Assembly: GCF_009914755.1 (NCBI RefSeq)
Contig: NC_060934.1
Direction: 5' to 3' (one strand)
From: the human T2T-CHM13v2.0 reference genome, Homo sapiens
DNA: 64,000 nt
Shown: piece by piece, positions 39,480-54,572 of the stretch
How the letters are laid out: every line of letters begins with the position of its first letter
How positions within the stretch are numbered: the first letter of the stretch is position 1
Program-made: the position numbers and the translations under genes
Notes under the pieces: model-generated
Database searches by the model: none
Told to the model about the DNA's origin: nothing
Seen by the model: only the letters and a program-made list of their open reading frames with translations

Positions 39480-41310
39480 TCAGGGGTAAAGGGAACCAAA
39501 GCCACATGTTTTTACATGGGAACAGTAGAAGTGCACATGTACTGTCTTTCCTCTAGGCTGTGTCAGTTCTCCTGTTCTTTGTCACAACGTATTCTGTAAA
39601 GACTTGGATCATCTTGTCATTCTGAAAACTACCGTGTTTAGCCACCATATTAATCATATATTAAAATGCTCTAGTGAGCAGAAAGTGGCAAGTATTCTTG
39701 ATACCCTGAAAAGGTACATAACATGCCAGAGGGCACTATGTACTCTACAAAATTAAAATTCAGACACCTGCCACTTTCGTAATGTTCACAAGATTTCATT
39801 AATCTGGAGCATGCTGTGGTACTCTATTCTATCTAAGGGAAAGGGTTATTGAACCATACATTCCCTACCACTAAGAGAAACATGGCCACAGGCTTAGTAG
39901 TTTTATCTGTATTTTGGAGGTAGCATAAACCATTTTTGCACAAAGTGCCCTGATCATTTATGAAGTGACTCAGAGGCTGCCGGTTTTAAGGGCAAAGAAT
40001 GAGAGAGAACTTTGTCACAGGTCCAGACTGTATGACCTGGCAGATCCAATGGGGCTAGAGGGATCTATGGTGGATAATGTACTAACATAAAGCCTCTGGT
40101 CATCCCCAGTAAATGAGGCACTGCAAAGAACACAAGAGTTCTGAAGCAAGGTACTGTCTGGGGTTTGAAAAGCAACTTCTGGCATGCTACCCAGCCCTAG
40201 CAGAGAGCAAGTGCCTAACCACTGGAACTACATAATGAGTTGAGTATAGTCAGATTCACCAAGTTACAAAGTTGGACAGGTGCAGTCACAATCCATCATA
40301 TGATGTGAGTTGTACATTAAGAATTTGTCCTGAGCATTTCCAGATGGCCCTCAAAATTACAAGAACAGATGCCTCAGATCTCCATATTGCCAACATTTTT
40401 TGTGTTGATGGGTGTCCCACACACAAGTAGAGCCTCCTTGGCCATTCTCTAAAACCGCCTAACAATGAACCAAAAAGAAAATAAAAGTCTTCCTCTGGAA
40501 GTAGGTTAGCTCAGCATGTTGGCAAAGACAGAATTGGTCTGATGCTGTACTACAGCCCTACTCGGGAATGACCTCAAAGAACAATGAGGAGAAGAAAATC
40601 AGTTTGTAGAGCCACAAGCAGTAGACAGACTCAGTCATGTTTTTTGTATGGAGAGAAAAATAACCTGAGGTAAGAAGATGCATGCATTTCTGGGCAGTAG
40701 CAATGATTTGCTTTTTTCATGAATAAGGACCTGGTAATACCCACACTGAAAGATTGGAAATGAAGAGGAGGAAAATAGAGGGAAGACCCAAGAGTGTAGG
40801 CATAATCAATATGTATCAGTAAAGGAGGCCTTCAACAGCTAGGTAGACAGGATGCATTTAGGGGCAAATGGCAGGCAGACTCTATCCTGTCTTCCACAGT
40901 GGCCCCATAAATGGAGTAGTTATGATGAGAGAAGTGGTGGTTATGAATAAGCCAGATACCCCCAATTTCTTCATGCAGAGACTCAGCTACCTACTGTTAC
41001 TCCTGAATGTTCAGCCCTGTCAGTAGCAGAGCCCAGATCTGAGGTCTCAACATATAACATTGTGCAAAGAGGACAGTCCGTCACCTTGTGGAAAATCTAA
41101 TACATCCGAATGTCTTCGATCCCAGAGGGGCAGCGATTCACTCATGCCAGAACTAACACTCAGGATATGAGTCTGCCTTACATACCCTGTTCCCCTGCAA
41201 GCACCACCCTCAGATGAATTACAGAATGCTCAATTTACTGACATAAAATGCCACAGAACATAACTTTGAATTAAATGACCCATTTTATTGCATACTTGCT
41301 GTGACAATGG
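39480..41310 (+). mobile_element. Degenerate ERVL-class internal pol remnant (RT - RNase H - integrase)
   Basis: Decayed equivalents of the ERVL RT motif (FTW...YTFTVLPQG..NSPALCHN...DLD..HYIDD) near 39510-39660 and of the integrase core (PATWWQVDYIG...GQRF...TECLI...GTHFTA) near 41070-41295; many stops and frameshifts. Confidence 0.75.
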
Positions 41311-41314
41311 ATGC

Positions 41315-42420
41315 CAGATTTCATGGATGGATCTGTTTTTAAGTGTTCTGTTTTGTTCCACTGATCAATTTCTTTATCCCTAGGCCAATAACACACTATC
41401 TATTGCTTAATAATAGGTTTTGATACCTGGTAGAGCAACTCATGCACATAAACACGTTGTGTTATTAGAATTTTTGTGGCAAATTTTGGTCTAGTGTATT
41501 CTATATAAGAATGAGAATCAACTTAGAAAGACTTTTTGAATTTTATTGACATGTCATTGAATCTATAAATATGTTTCAGTAAGAATTAAATATAATATGA
41601 GCCTTACAATTCATGAATATGATATCTCTTTTTAGTTAAATCATTTTTTAAAGCTTTCAACAAAATTATCTGGTTTTCTCCAGTCTTGTCTTGCACAATT
41701 TTTGTGAGATTTTTCTTGTAACTTTATTGTCTTTGTAAATGGCATACATATTTTTGTAATTTTTGTTTCTCATTTGTTCATGTAAAGAAATAGAATTTTG
41801 TCCTCGCAAACCAAACACCGCATGTTCTCACTCATAGGTGGGAATTGAACAATGAGAACACATGGACACAGGAAGGGGAACATCACACACCGGGGCCTGT
41901 TGTGGTGTGGGGGGTTGGGGGAGGGATAGCATTAGGAGATATACCTAAGGTTGAATGACGAGTTAATGGGTGTAGCACACCAACATGGCACGTGTATACA
42001 CATCTAACTAACCTGCACGTTGTGCACATGTACCCTAAAACTTGAAAGTATAATAAAAAAAGAAATAGAATTTTATGTGTCAATCCCATAACCAGTTAAT
42101 TCCCATTCTTATTCACAGTAATTAATAACAGCTGAGATTGGCTTCAAGCTTCTGCTGGTCTCATGATATTAGGGTATTTCTATTTTTTACCATATTCTGG
42201 AAAATGCAGAATAATGGGAATCCTTTCCTTCAAAGTTACATAGAATTTACTGACAAAGTCATTTGGGATGGTAATTTTTTGTGATAATTTTTAACACTAA
42301 TTTTATTTCTATGGTTATTAGGCTATTTAAGCTTGCTATTTCTTCTTCAGCTTTCTATCATATTTTTCTAAGAATTTGTTTGGTCCAAGGTTTCTGACTT
42401 ACTGGCTTCAAATCATTTAT
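41315..42420 (-). mobile_element. Old L1M ORF2 fragments
   Basis: tgttttgttccactgatc, ttgaatctataaat antisense L1 motifs. Confidence 0.65.
41784..42074 (+). mobile_element. Short L1PA 3' end with 16-bp TSD
   Basis: TSD aaagaaatagaatttt at 41784-41799 and 42059-42074. Confidence 0.93.
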
Positions 42421-42487
42421 GGGATTCTCCAATAATATGTTAAATCTCCCCTCTTCTAATGACATCCCCTCATGTTTTATGAGAGCT

Positions 42488-42810
<323 letters not shown>

Positions 42811-44859
42811 TGTTTTTTTACTTCTTAAGAAAACTATTAATTTTTTAATATATCTGTGGTATCTTTATTTTCTATTTCATCTGTTTCTAATTTTTATTGC
42901 CTTTCTCTACTTCTTTTGGTTGACTAATCTATAAACATTCATGACTCTAAATTTTTCTCAATTTATGTGCCACTATCAATACTTTCAACATGTCTTGATT
43001 TATTTCATTTTATTCAATTCTAATTGTAATTCACTCAACTCTGCTTTTATTATGATTTTTTGCTAAAATAATAATTATATGTACATTTAATTTACAAGCA
43101 TAGTAAATATGTGGAAATCATTAATCTTGAAATAATAAAATATTTTCTCAATGCAATAAAGAAAAACATAAAGGAAACACATTAGAGTATATTAAACCTT
43201 TAAGCTTCTTAATGAAAAATTTGTTTATAGGCAGTACTTGAACTACATTAAAACTTGAAATAATATTTACAAATTGAAGTTCTATATTTTTAATATATGA
43301 AAGCTCTTATGAGTCAAAAATAACATAAACATGCTAATAGAAATTGTGTAAAACATGAAAAGCTCATACACGAGTATGCATCATGACTTGTATGAAAGAA
43401 ACCTGTATTACTTAAATCTGGAGTTCAAAATTAAAATAATCTACATTCACTATATTTTATCTATTCAAATTGGTAAAACCTTCTTAAAATATTGAAAATT
43501 ATATCTGTATTTTAAGTGTAAGTTTAATTTTTCAGAAAGTAAACTCAATAATATACATAATAAATATCAAACCTTGAAAATTATTTAATTTCTAAATCAG
43601 TAATTTCTCCTTATAAGTTTTACTTAAGAAATAATAGCAAGTAGCAAAGACTTTATTGGCAAAAATATCTATTACTATATTTAAAAGCATTATGGTGTAT
43701 ACATTTATGTCTAATCATTATTTAAAACAATAAAAGATAAGAATTCTCCACTCTAGGGCTTGAGGTCCTCTTTGAATGATTTCATCATTTATTCACCATG
43801 AACCCCACAGTAGTTCTTTTCATTTTTGCTGTAAACTTTGGGGCCTGTTTTATAAGTTGCGTACAAGTTTGTAAAGCTGTAAGTTCCCAGCGAATAGAAT
43901 ATTTTTATTGTCTAATGATCCTTTCTACCCTCAATATTTTTTATCTTAAACTGTATTTCTATATAAATATAGCTACCTAATCTTTATTTAGGTTTGCGTT
44001 TACCTCTTTTTCCATTCTTTGACATTCTTTGACATTCAATTTTGCCGTATTTTACATTTACCACTTCCAGTGGCACAGGGCTGTAACTTTTGAAATTCCT
44101 TTGAGAAGTATTTTTACCAGTAACTTCTTTCACATTTATTGAAATTATTGTCATTTTGGAATTCCTTTCATTATATCTCTTTTAAATTTATCTTTGCTCT
44201 GCCTTTCAAGGAAGAATAGGATATTGGTTCCAAAATGGATTTCGTAACCAAACTGCCTAAGTTTGAATCTGCTACTAAGTAAAGTAGCTTTTTGACATTG
44301 TGTGTCACACTTTCCTTCTCTATAAAATTCGGGTAATAGTGAAGCCATGAAGTTGTGGGAAGGATTCAAATCATTATACATATGAGCCGATTAACCTGTT
44401 GGGGGATGGTTGTAAGAATCACTATGTGAATGTCCCTAACAACTATAATTCTTTCTCTTTTATTATATTTTCATTTTATCTATTTTATTTTTAATATTTT
44501 TCTCTCTTCTGATTTGATATTTAAGCTTCTTCTTTTCTGTTAGTGGCTACTCTTGAAATTTTTCCATTAACGTATAACCTCACAAGGGTCAGAACCATAG
44601 GAGAGCCTTTCTAGAAAACAAGACTCAAAGACTTTAACTCAGATCATCTTTCCCCTGACATACATGCTGTTTTTCTCTAACATTTCAGTTCTCTTTTTTC
44701 ATGAAAACTTCACAAATTAGATATTTATAACATTTTACAGAGACAAAATTTAAACCTACATACTTGTTTAGAATATCCTTTGTGTTTTTGTGTTAATATT
44801 CCATTTTCTTCCAGCTTACATTGTTGTATTTAGTATATATCCAGTTATTCCCATTGTCC

Positions 44860-46319
44860 TTCTTTCATAGGTGTTCTGGTTTCTCCAATTTTCACTTTTA
44901 TTATAAACTTTACACACAAAATATAAAATGATGTGCATAGATTTCAGTGTGCAGCTCAGTGAGCGCTGACAAATACACACATCCACGTAACAAGCAGCCC
45001 CAGTGCTTCTTTCCCCTGAAAGTTTCCTTTTCACCTTGGCATGGTCCAGTCTCCTCACTCCAACTCCTCTTACCGTTGCTCTAATCTCTATTAGCATAGA
45101 TTAGTTTCGCCTGTTACAGAGCTCTATGTATTATTTTATATCTGGCTCCTTTTATTAAATACAATACCTACAAAATATCTGTTCTTGTGTATATCATCAG
45201 TTTGATTATTTTTATTTCTACATACTTACTCCACTGTATGAATCACCAGAATTTGTTTCTTCATCCACTTGTTAACATATTCTTATTTCTAGTTCTTGGC
45301 TATTGTGGATAAGTTAATTATGAGTATCAACTACAATTCTTTGGGTAATAAGTGTTTTCATTTCTCTTGAGTAAATTCCTGGGCGTTGAATTGAGGAGAA
45401 ATAGGGTGGATATCTTTGTTTGTAAGAAAACTTAATGCTGTACATTTTTTTCTTACAATGACCATGCCAGTCTTTATTATAGTCAACATGGTGTCATTAC
45501 AGATAGCCTCATAATGTTAATTAGGGAAGTGTCCTCTGCTATTTTGAAAACAGTTTGTGTGAAAATGGACATGATTCATTTGTTAGGATGCATCAGTGTA
45601 TCTGGGCTTTTGTTTGCAGGAAAGTATATTATTACAAATCTGTTTAATAAGTAAATAGTTTTCTGGTATTCTGTATCTTCTGGTGTCGATTTTGGTAAAC
45701 TGAGTTTTTAAGAAACGTGTATTTTCATCTAATTTGTTGCTGACATTGACTTGTAGATAATATTTCCTTATTCTTACATGATGAGAGGATATGTAGTGAT
45801 GTAGCCTCTTTTTTTTCTGACGATGTAATTTTTTTCTTTTTTTCTCATTAGTCTTGAAATGTATTAACACTCATTATATTGCCAGCATATGGTATATCTG
45901 GGGCAATTTCATATGCACTTGGGAAAAAAACGTGTTTTCTGCAGTTGCTGGGTATAATGTTCTGAGGTCAGATTTTCTATATCCTTATTGATTTCTTGTC
46001 TCCTTTTTCAATTCATTTCTGAGAGAAGAGTCAAAATCTACAACTCCAAGTTGGAATTTCTTCTACTTCTCTCTTTAGTTCTGCCAGATTCGCTCATATT
46101 TTTCAAGACAGTTATTAGCCACAGACACATGGAGGATTGTTACATTTCTCTGTTGATTTTGCTCTTTTAGCATGAAATGTTCTTTTTCATCTCTCATGCT
46201 TCTTATCTTGAAATCCACTTAGTCTGATATACATGTATCCTTCTGTGACTTCCATGTGCTTAATGTGTACGTGATGTACTTTTGTCATACTTTTACTTTA
46301 AACCTAGTTGTGTCTTTAT

Positions 46320-46320
<1 letters not shown>
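44860..46320 (-). mobile_element. Old L1ME/L1M fragments
   Basis: Antisense 3'UTR (tagattagtttcgcctgtt) and ORF2-like remnants. Confidence 0.6.
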
Positions 46321-47355
<1,035 letters not shown>

Positions 47356-47359
47356 TCTT

Positions 47360-49130
47360 CATATTTTAAAGTGAATCTCTGTAGATTGCATTTTGTTGAG
47401 TCTCACTTTATTACAAAGTCTGATAATCTGCATTTTAATTGGAGTGTTTGGTGCATTTACATTTATTGCAGTTATTGATATATTTGGGTTTATATATACC
47501 ATATTTCTGCTTGTTTTCTATCCTATCTCTTGTCATATTGTTTCTCTTTTTCAGTCTTCTTTTTGGATTAAATAAATAGATATTTCTCTTCTTGCCTATT
47601 CTCATGTCTAGGGAATAAGCAAGAATGCTGGTTATTGTAAATGATCAATTGTTGTTAAGTCTGGATTAATGTCTTTTTTAGAACACTGAATTTTGTTTTA
47701 ATGGGATGCAAATTTGCTAGCATCTCTACCGTATTTTGTTGAGGCTTCATTTTAGGTTTCCTTAAGGAAGGTTACGTAACTTTCAGATACAGTTTTTGCT
47801 CCTAAGGTGTGACCTTGCTGGTATATCAGCTGGATGCCCAGGTATTAACTTAACAATGCCCTTCCATTCTAACTGGGCCACAGTACTACATCTACCACAG
47901 CTATGCAATATCAGCTCCACTCTGAACCTTGCACTTTGTGCTAGGCAATGCAGAATCCCACCCTGGCCTTAAGGACTTTTGAGAAACGCATACAGATACT
48001 TAGGAGTCCCTCTGTCCACTATGTTCTCCTTTCTGGTAATCTGCCATGCAAAGTTCAGCTGTTTCAGTAGCCTCGAACTCTCTGCCTCCTCATTAGCGAC
48101 TCCGTAAAGCTCTGTTTTAGCTTTGCTTCCCTCTGCTGCATTTTGGGACTTCTCCCTGGAGAGCTATGGTGAGTAGGGGGTCATTTCATGCGTTTCCCCT
48201 CTCTCACGGATGAGAGTTCTCAGCTGCTTATGATCCAAGGCTTGTACACGGTTGATTTGTATTTTTTACCTGGTTTTATTGTTCATGTCAGGAATGTAAG
48301 TCCCACACTACGTTACTGGGTCATGGCTAGAAGTAGAAGCCTGCTTTCCTTTTTCTGTCTTCATTACGTTTCATTGTAAAATTATTTTTGTTGATTTGCT
48401 TTAAAGTATGCTGTGCTTCCTAAAGCTGTGGCTTCATATTTCTTATCAAGAAATAGCTGAAAATTTTTTACATACTATTCCCCCAAATATTATATTTTAT
48501 AAAGGATCCTTACTGTACAGTTGAAGCAATAAATTTTAGATGCAGACTCTATGAGTTGTAATGTATAATAATTTGATTAATTTTACTTTGCATTTATGGA
48601 TTAATTCTCTATAACATTGTTTAACTCATATATTCCCATTCTATATTATATATTTTGTTAACATTTTATAATTTTGTCCAAAAAGATCTTGCACATCTTT
48701 TATTAAATTTATTTTTCATGGTTTTGTTACTGGCATATAGAGGCTTTTGTTTTCTCTTACATTCTATGGGTATTGCTGAGGTATAAGAATATTCTTGATT
48801 TTTATATATTTATTTTGTATCAGTAACTTTGATCTCCTCTGAGTTATATGTAGGGTCTTGAGTATTCTATATAGATAAGTGTATCATCCAAAGAAGACAA
48901 ATGAATGAGTTTGCCTCTACTGTCTCAAAATATATATTGTTTACTGTTAACTCTTGTCTCCAAAACAATGTTGGATAACAAAGATAACAGAAATCACTCT
49001 TACCTTGTTTCTGATTGTAATGAGAATGCTTCTGAGTTTCAACATTAAATATGATGCCCTTCATAAGCTCTAGCTGGATGACGTTAACTGTGTTAAGCAA
49101 TGTTATTCTATCAACATTTAAGAAATTATG
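47360..49130 (-). mobile_element. Old L1M fragments
   Basis: ttttaattggagtgtttgg...catttacattta; cttgtttctgattgtaatgagaatgcttc. Confidence 0.55.
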
Positions 49131-49601
49131 AGTTAGCTAAAAGTTTGTTTCGATAACTCTGTTCTAGGGACTAGAGTTACAACTGTTAACTCACTGGAGG
49201 AAAGGTGCTCACCTCTTTCTTCCCTTCAAGTGTGGCTGTTTCATCTATTCCCATTTTCCTAGTCTCTTCCTCAGGAGTTTCTTCTCCCTTCCAGGCTGCT
49301 ACACAGATGTCACTTCCCCTTGGAAACCATCCCTCAAGCCTCATTTGGGAACATGCTTTGCCTTCACATCTCATGCTACGCTTTCCCTCTCCTACTCATC
49401 ATGCACTATGGCAATTGTCTGTTAACTTGTCTGTGTCCCCAGTAGTCTGAGAGCCACAGTAAGTCCTGTTGCCAGTTGTATCTCTGGTGACAAGGACAGT
49501 GCCTAACTGAAATTAACTGCTTCATATTGTCTAATTGATTACTCAATTGCTTACTATGCCTTTTTATTTATTTTTAGGTCTGTAGTGGAGTGTTTGATTA
49601 T

Positions 49602-49923
49602 ATTTATTTATTTATTATTTATTTATTTATTTTCTTTTTTGAGATGGAGTTTCACTCTTGTTGCCCAGGCTGGAGTGCAATGGCACAATCTTGGCTCACT
49701 GCAACCTCTAACTCCCAGGTTCAAGCGATTCTCCTGCCTCAAGCTCCCGAATAGCTGGGATTACAGGCACCCACCACCACGCCCGGCTAATTTTTCTATT
49801 TTTAGTAGAGATGGGGTTTCACCATGTTGGCCAGGCTGATCTCGAACTCCTGACCTGAGATGATGCGCCTGCCTTGGCCTCCCAAAGTGCTGGGACTACA
49901 GACGTGAGCCACCGCGCCCGGCC
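49602..49923 (-). mobile_element. AluSx/Sq-like with (TTTA)n tail, TSD gtttgattat
   Basis: Dimeric antisense Alu with flanking direct repeat. Confidence 0.93.
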
Positions 49924-50742
49924 ACGTTTGATTATCTTTCAGGCTAAAATTATAATCACCTTGAGCTTTGATAAAAATTGGGTCCTTTTAAGACCAAAAT
50001 CAGACCCATTGTATGTAAAATATAAATGTGTGTGCCAAACATTGTTTACCATACCATTCTGGTACCTCTCTGTGAGAACGCAGAGAAATTCCTCTGTAAT
50101 TTCTCATGTCAAAGAGCTATAATTCTCCTAAACAAGTGGTTTGTTTTCATCTTCTAGATATTTTGATGCATGCAGCTAATGATATTTTCTATTTCACATT
50201 GTTTGGGAAGCTATAGAACCAAAGCTTAGCTTACTTCTATCAAGGGTATTCAACATTAGAGTATGATGTTGTATATTAATTTAATTCCTGCTTGTCTTCT
50301 GCTTTTATATTCTTATTTTTTCCCTCTTCCCCCAAAATTATATTTTCTATTGTCAAATCATATTTCCCTGTACACTACCCTAAATCCTGTTGCCACCAAG
50401 CAAGGTAAAATATTTTCAGGGTAATATGTTATTGAAATAATCTCACCACTTCAATCTATTTTAAATGCTGCTGGAAGGTTTGTCTTTCAACAATATGTAT
50501 AAAGATGTCGTGCTTCTGCTTAAAATACCTTAGTGGCCTCCCATTGCTTCTAGGGTGAAACACAGATTCCTCAGGAAGCTGCACGTGAGTCTTCATGGCG
50601 CTTTTCTGAGTGCAGAATTGAAAAGTTCATTTAAGCACATCAAGTCTGCATTTTGACTAAACGACTTGGAAAATGAAACAGTTTTTTTTATGATAATATA
50701 CCGGCTTACCTTCTCATCAAAATTCTAGAGTGAAGCATTTTC

Positions 50743-50870
50743 TTTTCTTTTTAGTAGAGATGGGGTTTCACTATGTTGGCCAGGCTAGTCTCGAACTCCT
50801 GACCTCATGATCTGCGTGCCTCGGCCTCCCAAAGTGCTGGGATTACAGGCATGAGCCACCACGCCCGGCT
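50743..50870 (-). mobile_element. AluS left arm only, flanked by a 15-bp TSD
   Basis: gagtgaag(c/t)attttc at 50728-50742 and 50875-50889. Confidence 0.88.
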
Positions 50871-53800
50871 GCCTGAGTGAAGTATTTTCACAACAACAAG
50901 CTTGCAAAAATTTCGTTTCGTTTCTATTTTGTTTTTGTTTTTCCCACAGTAGAGTATATTGAACTCTAGCAAAAAAAAGATAATGTTAGAAAGTTTATGT
51001 AATGTTGTGGAAAATGGAAGGAGAACAAGAGGGGGCCTAACAATATATTCTATCAACTGTTCAACTTTTGTCTAAATGAACTGTATAACAAACTGGTATA
51101 TAAGTCCCTGAATGGATAATAAAATTAACTCAGTGTCCAGGAAAACTGTACCCGCAATTCCCACGTTTGAAGTGGCTTTAAGTTAAATCAAAGTGGTAAA
51201 TTGTTTCAGAAAAATATTGGAAGATTATTTTCAGGATTCAAATATAATCTCTCCCCACCTATCATCTCCTCTTGATTTTCTTTCTAGATCTAAAAGAGAG
51301 AAATTCAATAAATTCTGGTAAGTACAGAAAATCATGGTTTAGGGCCAAAACACTGCCCTAAAAAAGACTTTCTCACCAATGGCTTAAAAAGAAGTTCTGA
51401 GTTTTGGAATGAAATGCTACTTCTTTGCTAAAATGCCAAAATAGCAAGTCATTTAATTCTGCCTTACTAACAATATCAGAAAACAGAAGCTACGTCAGTG
51501 AGCATTTTGCAGAGCATCTGTGGGCTAGGAGGGCTACACTTCCTTATAAATTGTTTGCTAAAGATTCAAATTTGAGAAAACTCAGAAGCAACTACTAAAA
51601 GTCAAGTCCTGAAATGAGGAAAGAATATTGCCAGTTCAGACCAGTATTGACAGTTACGTAGGTCACCATTCGAAGTGATAACGTACATGTACATGTGTCT
51701 GATTCCTGGAAAGTTTAAAGTACATTATAGTGTCATTTATATTCCTATACTTAGTGATCCAGCGAGCATTTACTCAGCCTATTTATTAGGTATGCCATTA
51801 AATCTCCTTTAAAATTATACACATACATAGTCCCTGCCAAGTTGAATGCCACACATTAGTAAGAGATACTTATGTATTATGCACAGCTATGTATGTTGTC
51901 TTACCTATCATATCATGGTGTTCTCTATATAAAATAGAATGGTTTGTCATATGAAATCTAAAATGCAATTGTATACATTACAAATAGATTGTCAACTCTT
52001 TTAAGATAGGAAGCTGGAAGTCAGTTTAGACTCCTTTACTACCTATGTAAAACCTAAATTAAACTACATGGCCAGGTAGGACCACAATAAGATCGTTAAT
52101 AAGTCCTTATTACATTTAATTGTGTGGTGGTTAATGCCGTGACATTTTGCCTTTCACAATTCACGTTTTCACCAGTGCTATCTGGCAACTGCCCCTACCA
52201 TTACAATAAAAATCACTTTAGTAATAGCTTTCTACTAGTTAATTCCTACTGATATTTTCCATTCTATTCTGGCCAGATTATAAATATTTGAAATCCGTGC
52301 AGCATTTGATGCCCTGGTCTAGTCCAGATCATTTTTGCTTGAATTATTTGATCTCACTTTGTTCCACATTTCTTCTTACCTCTCAAGTCACTTAATCTCT
52401 CACCTGAGCTTCCTCTTTGCTGTTCCTGGGATTCTGCTCTATTTCTTGACGCTCTCTTGAAGAGCTCATTATTCTGTGGTTTCTGTTGTACTCCCATGAC
52501 TCTGATCATCATTGCTTCTCCACTGGTAACTTCTCTGAATGCTGGACCCAAATATCCCATCTCCTGCACTTTGTCCAACAGTGTTCTCAGGTGGATTTGT
52601 TACAAACTGACCTCCTCATCACTCACTACTCCCAATCGCCAACCCCTTTCCCATCTCCCACAGGGAGTGTACTGCTCTCCACTTTGTTACCCAAGTGAGA
52701 AGTCACCCCCTTCTCTGAGCGCTGAATGTGTTCTACTGATCCATCTCATCACCCCTGTGCCGTCCTTTTCTCACCTCAATATTGCAATTCCTTGAGCTTT
52801 CATCTTTGCTTAAACGTTCTCAAAATCAAATCTCTTATCAGCTGACTTGTAAGAAAACTTCGCTTATTTCCAATATGCACTTCCAAATTCTTGCATCCAG
52901 TTTGGCCAGGTAGTGGGCGTGTCTGTAAAATGCTCTAGTTTTTACATGTCTCTCTAAGTCAGGGTTTTCTGTTTATACTTTCTGTGGCATGCCATGTTCT
53001 CGGTTTACATTCTGTATGTTTTCTGTGCCTTTTAGCAGAGCAGGGTGCACTTTTAGTTTAGAAATAGAAATTAATAAAATGCCATGAAACTTCAGGTATC
53101 ACATAGACCCAGCATCAATGGTACAGGGACATTGATTCTCCGTGTGGGCCATTCGCACGTGAGCTACCTTGTATTTCGGAATTGAGTTCAGTTGAAAAAC
53201 ATAGTTCATCTGCGGTGCGTTTTCCTGTCTGTGTAAGAATACGACAGTAAGATGGAAATGGCCTGCTGAGGTCTAAGGCCTCCTCATGGTCTTTCTTCTG
53301 TCTTAGGCCAAATATCAGTGTCTGTTTTGATCTCTTTGCGATCTAAATACCCAGATAATATCACCCACAATTCTTTACCTACGTGGTCACAAAGAAATTA
53401 TTGTGAACATCTCCTTAAAATCAAGAATTCTGTGTCTGTGTATGTTTTAAAAATCAAATTAGACTTTTCATAAACTTCAATTGATTCAATGATGAGGACG
53501 TGGTTCCAAACATGAGTAGAAGACCATTTTTATGGCAGCACTGAGAAAATACTTTCTGAATACTCAGATATAAAGGGGTTAATTAATTATGATAGCTAAG
53601 CAGTACAACATAAGCAAACAATTTTTTCAAATTCTTTTAAAATGGAAAACTATACATGAGTTATTGTAGTCAATAAGATATCACAGCCACAACATATGAT
53701 TTATTAGACAGTATGATACTGCCCAAAAGACAAAACAGTAAAATTACACTGAAGACAGTTGACTCATAATGAGGAATACATTTATCAAAAAGTAATAATT

Positions 53801-54322
53801 TTAATATATGCAAGAAGTTTGAAAATGATATTTAATTATCAGTTATAACTGGAAAGACTAAGATGTATTGATTTGATACAGCTTTTAAAAAATGAATTAG
53901 CGTTTCCCACCTCGATATTTTCTCTGAGCATGAAAATTTAAATAGCATATGACAATATGCCAATTCCAAGAAGTTCTTTAAAATATATCTCCAGGAAACT
54001 TGTTCAGTGTATTTCTTTAAAACACATCTCCATGATGTGAAAGCCACCTAAATGTGTATCACTCCACAGAATGCCCTAACAATTTAGTGGGATATTTATT
54101 TTTGAAGTGGATTTTTTTTCCAGTATGGCTGTGAGATATGTAATATATTGCTTAATCTCTCCAGCACCAAGTAAAATTCTCTGAAATAATAGGTTAAATA
54201 TCTAGTGGAATCACATGTCTCACACATTTGCTAAAACCTAGTTGACATTAGCCAAACAAAAATGTCCCTTCTCTTAAGTTTAATGTCAGGGTTATTTTAT
54301 TTTAATTCAAATTAACATTCTC

Positions 54323-54572
54323 CCATAATCCCAGGACTTTGGGAAGCTGAGGTAGGAAGTTATCTTGCGACCAGTAGTTTGAGACCTGCCTGGGCAACAC
54401 AGGCCCCTATCTCAACAAAAAATGAAATAAAGAATTAGCAAGCATGGTGGTGTTCACCTGTAGCCCCACCTTCACAGAAGGCTTGAGCCCAGGATTTTGA
54501 GGCTGTAGTGAGCCATTATCATGTCACTACACTCCAGCCTGGGTAACAGAGTGAGACTCAGTCTCTTAAAAA
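54323..54572 (+). mobile_element. AluJ (degenerate)
   Basis: taatcccaggactttgggaagctgagg...actccagcctgggtaacagagtgagac. Confidence 0.88.
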
